Positions 24,411-31,819 of a stretch of 64,000 bases of DNA are shown here, in pieces. The position numbers were made by a program, and so were the translations under genes. A model generated the notes under the pieces. It was not told the DNA's origin. It saw only the letters and a program-made list of their open reading frames with translations, and did not search any database. The stretch lies in NCBI GenBank assembly GCA_964408425.1, contig CAYOZI010000001.1, positions 8,861 through 72,860 of the forward strand, in the 5' to 3' direction. The first letter of the stretch is position 1. Each line of letters starts with the position of its first letter. Source of the DNA: Candidatus Micrarchaeota archaeon (GTDB lineage: Archaea > Micrarchaeota > Micrarchaeia > Norongarragalinales > Norongarragalinaceae).

Positions 24411-24965
24411 TCAACCCGACGCGGCAACCGGCTCCGTTTTTTCGGTAATGACAACTGCCGGCTTTTCATCCATTTTTTCGAACGAACCCAACGGCTTTCC
24501 CGACCAGTTGACGTTCGCCTCTTCAGCAAAAGAAACCAGGTAAGAAGGAGAAGAAACGTGCATTCCGTTGATGCTCACGTGCCCGTGCGTAATGAACTGC
24601 CTAGCCTGATGCATTGTTTTTGCCAGGCGTTTTTTCACGACAATGCTTTGCAAACGCCTTTGCAACACGTCCTTCACGCTCAAAGAAAGCAAGTCGTCGA
24701 GAGTCAAATCCTCTTTCTGGACGAAAAACTTTTTCGACCTCGCCAGAAGCTGGGTTGAACGGATTTCGGCGTTAGCGCCCTTTCCGCTTAGCAAGCGTCT
24801 AGCCTCGCGCCTTATTCGCCTCAAAATCGTCTGCATTATCCACAATTCTCGGGAGTTCTTGAGTCCGAACTCGGTCTTCAAAGCCCCTTCCTCTTCTATC
24901 CTCTTCTTGTCCCAGAGCTTTTTCGGACGCTCGTACTTCTTTGATTTCCTAACAGGATCTCCCAC
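24411..24965 (-). CDS. rps4: 30S ribosomal protein S4 (uS4)
   Basis: 184 aa; S4 domain ..QARQFITHGHVSINGMHVSSPSYLV.. Confidence 0.85.
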   Translation of the reverse strand: MGDPVRKSKKYERPKKLWDKKRIEEEGALKTEFGLKNSRELWIMQTILRRIRREARRLLSGKGANAEIRSTQLLARSKKFFVQKEDLTLDDLLSLSVKDVLQRRLQSIVVKKRLAKTMHQARQFITHGHVSINGMHVSSPSYLVSFAEEANVNWSGKPLGSFEKMDEKPAVVITEKTEPVAASG

Positions 24966-24988
24966 TCAAAAACACCGTTATGCAATCA

Positions 24989-25672
24989 TTACTTCTTTTC
25001 CTTCTCGCCGCCCGATTTTTCCTGCGCTCCGGTTGCGGCTGCGGCCTTCGCTGCCTTTACTGCCTTCTTCAGCACTCCGACGGTCATTCCGGTCCTTCCG
25101 GTGGTGCGCGTGTGCTGTCCCCTGGTTTTCTGGCCTATCGAATGCCTCCAACCCCTGTACGAACGTGAATCCCTCTCGCGAGTAATATCTTGCCTTTTCG
25201 CGAAAGCCAATTCCGCCATGAGCAAGTGCTTCGCTTCTCCCGAATCGATATCCTGCTGCCGGTTTAGCATGAAATTCTTGACCCCGAATTTTTGCGGGAA
25301 TTTCACTATCCCCTCCAATTCCGTAGTCTGCTCTTCGCTCAAATTCCCTATCAACTCGCTCAAGCTGACGTTCAGTTTGGTTGTAACCGGAATAGCCAGG
25401 TTTGAAGCCAAATTATGCCCTATTCCCTTGACTTTCCTCAAAGCTTCAGCAACGGTAAAATGCCCGTCCACATCCTGGCCTACGATACGGAGTATTCCGC
25501 GAAACTCCTTGTTTTCCAAATGCTTTCTCTTGGCGAATTTCTGGGATTGCGTGGTGGAACCGACAGGCTGGGACTGTGGTTTTGCAGGCTCCTGGTTTTT
25601 CGCCTGCTTGCCGCTAAAGCCGCCAGAACCTTTCTTCGTTTCATCAGCCAATTTTCCGCACCTTAAACCCAA
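24989..25672 (-). CDS. rps13: 30S ribosomal protein S13 (uS13) with N- and C-terminal low-complexity extensions
   Basis: Core EFRGILRIVGQDVDGH..KGIGHNLA.. = uS13, but the ORF is 227 aa versus ~150. It has a ~50-aa K/Q/G-rich N-terminal extension and an A/K-rich C-terminal extension. Confidence 0.8.
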   Translation of the reverse strand: MGLRCGKLADETKKGSGGFSGKQAKNQEPAKPQSQPVGSTTQSQKFAKRKHLENKEFRGILRIVGQDVDGHFTVAEALRKVKGIGHNLASNLAIPVTTKLNVSLSELIGNLSEEQTTELEGIVKFPQKFGVKNFMLNRQQDIDSGEAKHLLMAELAFAKRQDITRERDSRSYRGWRHSIGQKTRGQHTRTTGRTGMTVGVLKKAVKAAKAAAATGAQEKSGGEKEKK

Positions 25673-25697
25673 AAACAGCTTTTATCGAAAAATAAAA

Positions 25698-25880
25698 GCG
25701 CCGGGACTGAGATTTCCGTTTTCCTTCCTTACCAAAATTTTTTTGGAAAGAAAAGCTTTTCGAACTCAGGAGGCCTTTCGGCCACACGCTTTGAAGGAAA
25801 GTTGCCGGTGCGCTCCGAACGGAGCAACCAGAAACAGTTTCTTTCCAGGCGTGCGCATTACCGCTCTGCCATCCCGGCGC
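25698..25880 (+). ncRNA. Candidate structured non-coding RNA (~183 nt) closed by a perfect 9-bp terminal helix GCGCCGGGA/TCCCGGCGC
   Basis: Nested complementary segments (CTGAG/CTCAG, CCAAAA/TTTTGG, GGCC-TTTC-GGCC, GTTGC..GCAAC, CTCCG-AA-CGGAG), followed by TTGCTTTTTCGCGG on the plus strand. It lies in a 340-nt gap with no credible ORF. The strand is uncertain. Confidence 0.35.
25703..25713 (-). promoter_or_regulatory. Candidate TATA box (CTTTTATTTTT) ~30 nt upstream of the rps13 start; possibly a leaderless transcript
   Basis: AT-rich element at archaeal spacing upstream of the first gene of the S13-S4-S11-rpoD cluster. Confidence 0.35.
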
Positions 25881-26012
25881 GAAAAACAATTTGCTTTTTC
25901 GCGGTTAAAAACACTTCGGGAAAAAAGCCGAGCGAAGCTCCAAAGAGCTTTAATCTCAACTCTACAATAATGCAAAAACGCGTTTAAAAAGCATTCCGTT
26001 GGCTTGCAAACG

Positions 26013-26432
26013 CTAACCACGATGCTCTTCTGACGCCGTAATCCCTTTTTCTTCCAAAAACGCCTTCAAGCCCTTCAAAAACCCGAGGTGGCTGGAGATA
26101 GCGCCCCTAACGGCTTCATCGCTTTTGAAACCGGCGTAGTGAGAAAGATTGTGCCAAACCCTCACTTGGATTTCCCTAGAGTCGGGATTGAAACCGAAAG
26201 CAACCCTCTGTTCGCTCGTGTAAAGCAGCGGGTTGTGCAGGTACTCCAGATCTTCAACGCGTTGCAGTGAATTCAAAAAAGCCTTAGCCTGCGACGGAGC
26301 TACATTATGCTTGGAATTTGCCAGAACCCAGTCGAAAAGCCCCGGAACCTGGTCGAAATGCTTTTCATGAAATGAAAAGACCACGGTCTTTTTGAACAAT
26401 TCCGAACCCTGAACGCGTTCAGCCATGCACAA
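26013..26432 (-). CDS. Hypothetical protein
   Basis: 139 aa, balanced composition, no motif recognised; 14-nt overlap with the cbf5 3' end. Confidence 0.45.
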   Translation of the reverse strand: MCMAERVQGSELFKKTVVFSFHEKHFDQVPGLFDWVLANSKHNVAPSQAKAFLNSLQRVEDLEYLHNPLLYTSEQRVAFGFNPDSREIQVRVWHNLSHYAGFKSDEAVRGAISSHLGFLKGLKAFLEEKGITASEEHRG

Positions 26433-27351
26433 CCCTCTCCACGTCGAAAGCCAAGCCGCCTTTCCCGGATTGCGCCCTCGAAACGATTTCCTTCGAATCT
26501 ATCAACGCTTTGGCAAAACAGATTATTTCCCCCATGCCGTTTAAAACCTGCACGCTCTCGTTTTTTTCAATAGATTCATCCAGCGAAACTATTCCCGGAA
26601 TAGCCAGATTCGCTCCGGTGGTGATGGGTTTTATCGCCCCGTCATCCACGACAACCTTTTTCAGCTTCCCTTCCAACGCTTCCTCGAGAGTCAGCACCAT
26701 TTTTTGCAGTTCTTTGTCTTCCCCTTTTTCCGTCCACAGCCAAAACGCGTCGCTCAAATCCTGAAGAGAATGGGCTTCTTTTTCAGTGAAACCGGCGGCG
26801 TAAACCCTCCTCAATTCCGCCATTTCCCCGCCGCACCCTAAAACTTCTCCAACATCGAAACAGATTTTTCTCACGTAAAACCCGCCTTCCACGTCGCACT
26901 CGAACAAAACGTATTTCCCCTCCGCTTCTAAAACCGCCAGTTCAAAAACCTCGCGAACGCGCATTTTCTTGACTACAGCGCTCTCGAGAGGCGGCTTCTG
27001 GAAGATTTTTCCCTTGAAATGCGAAAACGCATCTTCGATTTCTTTTTTGCTTTTGTTTTCCCCCAGACGCAGCACGCAAACGTACTTTTTCCTCGAGCCA
27101 AGCAAATACTTAGCCGCTTTCGTGCTTTCCTCCAGCAGAACGGGCAAAACGCCGGAAACGTTCGCGTCCAAAGTTCCCGAATGCCCGGCTTTCGACTGCC
27201 CCAAGATTTTTTTCACGAAAGCCGCAGCCTCGTGGCTTGAAGGCCCCGAAGGCTTGTCGAGAATGAAAACCCCCTTCCTTATTTTTTCTTCAAGCGAACG
27301 CTCGGAAGGAGGCTCCCCTACCTTGCACTCGATTTCTTGCAGGCGAATCAT
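26419..27351 (-). CDS. cbf5: H/ACA RNP pseudouridine synthase Cbf5 (TruB family) with PUA domain
   Basis: ILDKPSGPSSHE and GHSGTLD catalytic motifs; 310 aa. Confidence 0.85.
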   Translation of the reverse strand: MIRLQEIECKVGEPPSERSLEEKIRKGVFILDKPSGPSSHEAAAFVKKILGQSKAGHSGTLDANVSGVLPVLLEESTKAAKYLLGSRKKYVCVLRLGENKSKKEIEDAFSHFKGKIFQKPPLESAVVKKMRVREVFELAVLEAEGKYVLFECDVEGGFYVRKICFDVGEVLGCGGEMAELRRVYAAGFTEKEAHSLQDLSDAFWLWTEKGEDKELQKMVLTLEEALEGKLKKVVVDDGAIKPITTGANLAIPGIVSLDESIEKNESVQVLNGMGEIICFAKALIDSKEIVSRAQSGKGGLAFDVERVVHG

Positions 27352-27385
27352 GATTTAAAATAGAGTGGAACGATAGATTAAGCAT

Positions 27386-28504
27386 ATGGGAAAGACGCGA
27401 CGTGAAAAGCCGGAAAATTCGAGAGCAACACCGAAAGATACGGTCGAACAACAAAAGCCGCCAGCCCCTAAGCTCAGGTTGTTGTTTCACTACGGGCCCC
27501 ATGCCACGGCAGAAGATGCTAGACACATCCGAGCGGTATTGAAGGAATTCAAGCCGCACTTTTACGCGAAAGAGCAGATGATCTTTGACCCCGAGGATTT
27601 GGTGCCGTTCAATAGAGAACTGCAAAAAATCAGGAAGGATGCTGCAAGGAGAATAAGCTTTCTTCAAGGTTTTGAAAGGCGGCAGTATGGAGAATTCGAT
27701 CGTAAAGAAGTCGAGGAAATGCTCGACGCATACAAAGTTCGAATGTGCGGCCTAGAATCATTTGTGCCAAATGAAGCTCAATTGCTCGAAGAGTCTGCGA
27801 ACTATTCCAAGGATTCGAGGTTAGCGTTTGTAACAGGAGAGTTTGAAAAAGCACTAAAAAGCCGGCATGAACACGTCCTGCTTGAAAATAAACACCAACG
27901 AATCAGAGACGAAAATATCGTCCAGAATGCTGAAAAGCTTGTTCAGCAGTTTACAACAGCCTATCCGGAGTTACGTAACGAGAAGGAGATACGAGTTTAC
28001 GCTAGACTGGGGCACATGCACTCTCCGCCATATCATGAACTGGCTAGACGCGGAAGCACGGAGGTAGGACGGATTTTCGATAGTAGACCGGTAGTACATG
28101 GCTACACATCGGAAGCCAAGAGAATGAACCAAAAGGAAACGCATAATATTTCAGAGCCGCGGTATAGACAGGTACTAGCAAGATCTCTTCTCGAAAGTCC
28201 CCTGAGAAGGACACTGAGAGAAAAAGGCGTCAAATCGACTCTGGTTACGGAAATAGCGTCACGGGTTATCTCCGAAAAATTCCATGAGGACGAAATTAGA
28301 GGAATATCGGAAGAGATAGCCAAAGAACAGGAAGCGAAACCACTGGCCAAAACAGCCGAGATAGTAGAAATGGTTTTGGGAAAGCGCGTAAGGGAAAAGG
28401 GCTTGAAACTACCGCAGAACGAGGATGAAGCCGAAGCTTTAATCAAAAAAGCGTATCCCAAGATAGACTTTTCAAAACCTTGGTGGCTAGGAAGAAGAAA
28501 ATAG
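27386..28504 (+). CDS. Hypothetical charged protein (orphan ORF between cbf5 and rpl14e)
   Basis: 372 aa, K/E/R-rich, no recognisable domain; oriented opposite to its neighbours; only 34 nt from the divergent cbf5 start. Confidence 0.45.
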   Translation: MGKTRREKPENSRATPKDTVEQQKPPAPKLRLLFHYGPHATAEDARHIRAVLKEFKPHFYAKEQMIFDPEDLVPFNRELQKIRKDAARRISFLQGFERRQYGEFDRKEVEEMLDAYKVRMCGLESFVPNEAQLLEESANYSKDSRLAFVTGEFEKALKSRHEHVLLENKHQRIRDENIVQNAEKLVQQFTTAYPELRNEKEIRVYARLGHMHSPPYHELARRGSTEVGRIFDSRPVVHGYTSEAKRMNQKETHNISEPRYRQVLARSLLESPLRRTLREKGVKSTLVTEIASRVISEKFHEDEIRGISEEIAKEQEAKPLAKTAEIVEMVLGKRVREKGLKLPQNEDEAEALIKKAYPKIDFSKPWWLGRRK

Positions 28505-28506
28505 GC

Positions 28507-28671
28507 TTATGCGGGCATCAGGTGCTTGACGTTCATCTTCCTCTCTTTTCCCTTCGCAAGCTTGACTTTCACGAAAGCGTTGTCCACCACTTCCGTCACT
28601 TCGACAGGCTGCCCTTTTCTCCTTCCCTTGAGAACGATTGCTTTCACGCCCTTCTGAAAAACCCTGGTCAT
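28507..28671 (-). CDS. rpl14e: 50S ribosomal protein L14e (eL14), KOW domain
   Basis: 54-aa ORF found by hand (too short for the ORF track): MTRVFQKGVKAIVLKGRRKGQPVEVTEVVDNAFVKVKLAKGKERKMNVKHLMPA; lies immediately downstream of cmk, as in other archaea. Confidence 0.65.
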   Translation of the reverse strand: MTRVFQKGVKAIVLKGRRKGQPVEVTEVVDNAFVKVKLAKGKERKMNVKHLMPA

Positions 28672-28677
28672 AGAAAA

Positions 28678-29292
28678 TCACCGTTTCGCTCTTGTTCTCT
28701 TTGTTTTCCCGCCTTTTCTGCCTTTCGGTTTTTTCTTCCGCATTTTCCTCTTCAGTTTTTCAGCCGCGTCGGCAATCGCCTTCGCGGTTTGCAGCGCATC
28801 CAGCTTTTCGTTGTCTATAACCAAACATCCTTTCGGCGGGTCGTAATGCAATTTATACAACGCCCAATACCGTTTTTTGTTGGAATCGTCCCTATACACT
28901 ACCTCCCTAACCGCCTGTTCGAAACTCCTCGAATCCCTTTCGGCCAACCGCTTTGCACGCACATGCAAAGGCGCTTTCAGCCAAACTTTCAAATCAAAAC
29001 GAGGTTTTTTCAGTTTCAGCCTCGGCGCAATCTCGCCCAAAAAAACGGCAAGGCGCGTCCCCACAACACAATCCTTTTCCTTCAATGCGAACTCTATCTG
29101 CTTTTTGTCCAGCAAGTAATCGTACTTCGGGTTTTTTTCCGCAAACTCATGAAGCCTGTCGAAAGGCATCCCCAAATCCTCGGCGAGATTATGAAAGGTA
29201 TAATTGAATTTCTTCAGCTTCAAAGAATGCGAGACTAGCGTTGAGGCGGTGGAATTCCCGCATCCGGTCAAGCCCGAAATGGCGATTCTCAT
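28678..29292 (-). CDS. cmk: Cytidylate kinase, archaeal type, with a Lys/Arg-rich C-terminal tail
   Basis: N-terminal ISGLTGCGNST P-loop-like motif; ~180-aa kinase core plus a 25-aa tail KRKMRKKKPKGRKGGKTKRTRAKR. Confidence 0.7.
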   Translation of the reverse strand: MRIAISGLTGCGNSTASTLVSHSLKLKKFNYTFHNLAEDLGMPFDRLHEFAEKNPKYDYLLDKKQIEFALKEKDCVVGTRLAVFLGEIAPRLKLKKPRFDLKVWLKAPLHVRAKRLAERDSRSFEQAVREVVYRDDSNKKRYWALYKLHYDPPKGCLVIDNEKLDALQTAKAIADAAEKLKRKMRKKKPKGRKGGKTKRTRAKR

Positions 29293-29345
29293 ATTGGAAC
29301 GATTAACGGTTTTGCGCTTAAAAGAGCTTTGCGGGGTTTAAATGC

Positions 29346-29813
29346 CTATTCGAATTTTCCCATTGACTTGAGCTTTTGCAGGTAATTCTCGCAAGAGGAT
29401 TTTATCAAAACCCGGTCTTTCTCCGTCGTTGAACGCAGTATTTTCGCCGGAACGCCCGCAACCACGCTGTACGCCGGAACAATCATTCGCTCCGTAACTA
29501 CCGCCCCAGCTGCGATTATGCTCCACTCTCCGATCTCGCAGCCGCTCAACAGAGTGGAATTCATCCCGACGAGAACGTTGTCCCCCACCTTGCACCCGTG
29601 CACCACCGCAGCATGCCCGACCGTAACGTTATTCCCTATTGAAACGTTTTTTCCGTGCACAACGCAAGACTCCTGAATGCTCGTGTTGTTACCGATGCCA
29701 ATGCTGCCCTCGTCCGCGCGAATGCAGGCGAAAGCCGCAACGTAAACGTTCTTCCCGATCTCGGCTTTAGGATCGACTTCAGCCTTGGGATGAACGAAAC
29801 CCAATTCCACCAC
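29346..29813 (-). CDS. Hexapeptide-repeat protein (gamma-carbonic anhydrase / ferripyochelin-binding-like left-handed beta-helix)
   Basis: 155 aa with repeated [LIV]G.N..[IV] hexapeptides, conserved H residues, C-terminal helix. Confidence 0.7.
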   Translation of the reverse strand: MVELGFVHPKAEVDPKAEIGKNVYVAAFACIRADEGSIGIGNNTSIQESCVVHGKNVSIGNNVTVGHAAVVHGCKVGDNVLVGMNSTLLSGCEIGEWSIIAAGAVVTERMIVPAYSVVAGVPAKILRSTTEKDRVLIKSSCENYLQKLKSMGKFE

Positions 29814-29829
29814 TCACCGTAAATAGCAA

Positions 29830-30336
29830 TTATTGCTTTGCCGGCCATAGTCTCGAGCCTATGGGCTCGAGCAAAAGCCCGAAGACAATCGCGCAAACGA
29901 TGAAGAACCCCGTCGTCCCGTAAGCGGCCGTATGCAGGATGTTCGAATAGAAAGTCAGCGAGAGGATGGCGGAAGTATGGATGTCGAACGGAAGCAGGAT
30001 TACGAAACCCGGGTACAACGGCGGCAAAACCCAAGCGATCAGAATCCACGCTATCGGAAGGATGATGATGCTCGCCTTCCAAGGCATCAAAACCATCTGC
30101 ATCATCTTGTCGTTGAACTCCTTGTCGTGCTTCTTCAATTCCTCGAGCTTCTTCGAGTCGTTCGCCTTCAACGCCTTCTGCATTTCATTCTGGTATTCCT
30201 TCACTTCCTTCTGGAAAGCCTTCACCTTATCCCTCTGTCCCAGCGTCTTGTTCGCCGCATAGCTGACGAGCGAAAACACTAGCGAAATGAGAGCGATCTC
30301 CACCAGCGGATCAAAACCCAACACCATGCCGTTCAC
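29830..30336 (-). CDS. DUF106-type membrane protein (archaeal YidC/Oxa1/EMC3-like insertase candidate)
   Basis: 168 aa: TM1, a charged coiled-coil (KEVKEYQNEMQKALKANDSKKLEELKK), then two further TM helices. Confidence 0.5.
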   Translation of the reverse strand: MNGMVLGFDPLVEIALISLVFSLVSYAANKTLGQRDKVKAFQKEVKEYQNEMQKALKANDSKKLEELKKHDKEFNDKMMQMVLMPWKASIIILPIAWILIAWVLPPLYPGFVILLPFDIHTSAILSLTFYSNILHTAAYGTTGFFIVCAIVFGLLLEPIGSRLWPAKQ

Positions 30337-30378
30337 TGAAAAAATTTTTGGAAAACGGTTATAGGTAGAGCGTCTTTT

Positions 30379-31743
30379 TTAACGTTTTCCATCTTGTCCC
30401 CCCACGCCGTCGTCCTGCCTCTTGCAGTCGTCCAAAAACCTTTGCACGTGGTGCTTCCAACCCAAAGCGTACAGGGGTTGCACCAGCCCGCGGCAGGAAA
30501 CGAAGAGGTGCTTCAAGCCCCTTCGCGACGACGGGCGCGATTCCAGGAAAGCTACGAACAAAACCAGGAAATTAAAGACGAAGACGAAGAGGAAAACCGC
30601 CGAATCCAGGTACTCAAGGAAAACCCTTGAATTCAAGGAAGCGTACAGACGCGTGAGCGAAAGGTAGAACAGGAAAATCGTGATCGGAAGCTCGTACAGG
30701 ATAAGCATTAAAACGTTCGCCGCCAAGCCAATGGTCAACACGGCGTTGTAAAACAAAATATACCGTTTTTTAATCTCGGTCTTGAAAACAGAGTGGAACG
30801 GGCGCCCTCCGGACAGGTGCGAGGCGACGAAACGCAGGTTTCGCAGCGACTCGCCGTGCAAATCCTCAATCCCCCACAGGTTTTCCAAAACGTAGTACAA
30901 ATCCGTCCTCAGGAAAAGCATCGTCTGCCACACCAGCCCGAAAATTTCCATGAGAACCACGAACTTCAGAAATTTCACTAGCCACAGCGGAAGTGCCAAA
31001 ACGCCCGCACCGCCAGCCCACACCAAGCTCGCAGCTATGGAAAGCACCAGCCCGTCGAAAACCATTCCCGACAGGAAGACTGCATATCTCTTCCATCTTT
31101 CCAGCAGGTACAAGTCCGAAAGTTCGGTGAAGGCAATCACGTACTGCAGCCTCACAGTCAGCCCGAATTTCGGCTTCGCGCCGAAATGCAAACCAGCAGT
31201 GTAATGCGCCAGCTCGTGCAAAGCCACCAGAATCCACGACGACACTAGGGAGGAAAGCAAAAGCAACGCCAGCGAGTCGGTGAAAATAAAATTGCGGAAG
31301 TTTAAGAAATAAGAAAAGTCGCTTGCAACCACCGACGCCCCCGCTCCCAAAACCAGCAGGCAAGCGAAAAGCGCTCGTTTTGAAAACAAAAAGCCGATTT
31401 TTTCGCGCTTTAACGGAATGCGCGAGCTCAAGTCCGTGAAACTCTCTTTACTGACGGGCAAAGGCTTTCCGTCGACTTTTTCAACCATTCCGTTGGAAGC
31501 CAGTTTCGAAACAAACCCCTTTACGTCGTAATCCTCCCCGAACTTCCTTCGCACCGCGCGTTCCGCCTCTGCAATAGTCTTTCCTTTTTTCAGCAAAAGG
31601 ATTATTTCAAAACCCACCCTGGAAACGTCGAGGTAATCAGACGTTCCCCTCCGCCCCACGACAAACCAGCCGCCAGGCTCTTGGCGCTTGTGAGCCAAAG
31701 AAAACAACTTCACCCTGCTGTCGCCGCGGAGGGAAAAGCGCAT
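30379..31743 (-). CDS. Polytopic membrane protein with HELAH (HExxH) motif: putative intramembrane zinc metalloprotease
   Basis: 454 aa, ~8 TM helices, LVALHELAHYTAG in a TM segment; the family (M50-like?) is uncertain. Confidence 0.45.
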   Translation of the reverse strand: MRFSLRGDSRVKLFSLAHKRQEPGGWFVVGRRGTSDYLDVSRVGFEIILLLKKGKTIAEAERAVRRKFGEDYDVKGFVSKLASNGMVEKVDGKPLPVSKESFTDLSSRIPLKREKIGFLFSKRALFACLLVLGAGASVVASDFSYFLNFRNFIFTDSLALLLLSSLVSSWILVALHELAHYTAGLHFGAKPKFGLTVRLQYVIAFTELSDLYLLERWKRYAVFLSGMVFDGLVLSIAASLVWAGGAGVLALPLWLVKFLKFVVLMEIFGLVWQTMLFLRTDLYYVLENLWGIEDLHGESLRNLRFVASHLSGGRPFHSVFKTEIKKRYILFYNAVLTIGLAANVLMLILYELPITIFLFYLSLTRLYASLNSRVFLEYLDSAVFLFVFVFNFLVLFVAFLESRPSSRRGLKHLFVSCRGLVQPLYALGWKHHVQRFLDDCKRQDDGVGGQDGKR

Positions 31744-31819
31744 TAAAAGAAAAAACAGTCCGGATTAAAGAACTTGTTTGCTTTCCGTGAAAAAACGCGT
31801 GCAAACAGGCGTGAAGGGA

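Noticed and set aside
25698-25880. Identification of the structured element as archaeal SRP (7S) RNA
   Set aside because: A GAAGGAAAG...GAGCAACC stretch loosely recalls SRP domain IV, but the apical loop (GAAC) is not the conserved GNRA/GGAA. At ~183 nt it is shorter than typical archaeal SRP RNA, and no Alu-domain features were found. It is kept only as a generic ncRNA candidate.
28480-29238. 252-aa + strand ORF overlapping cmk and rpl14e
   Set aside because: The minus strand encodes recognisable cytidylate kinase and L14e. The + frame has no motif.
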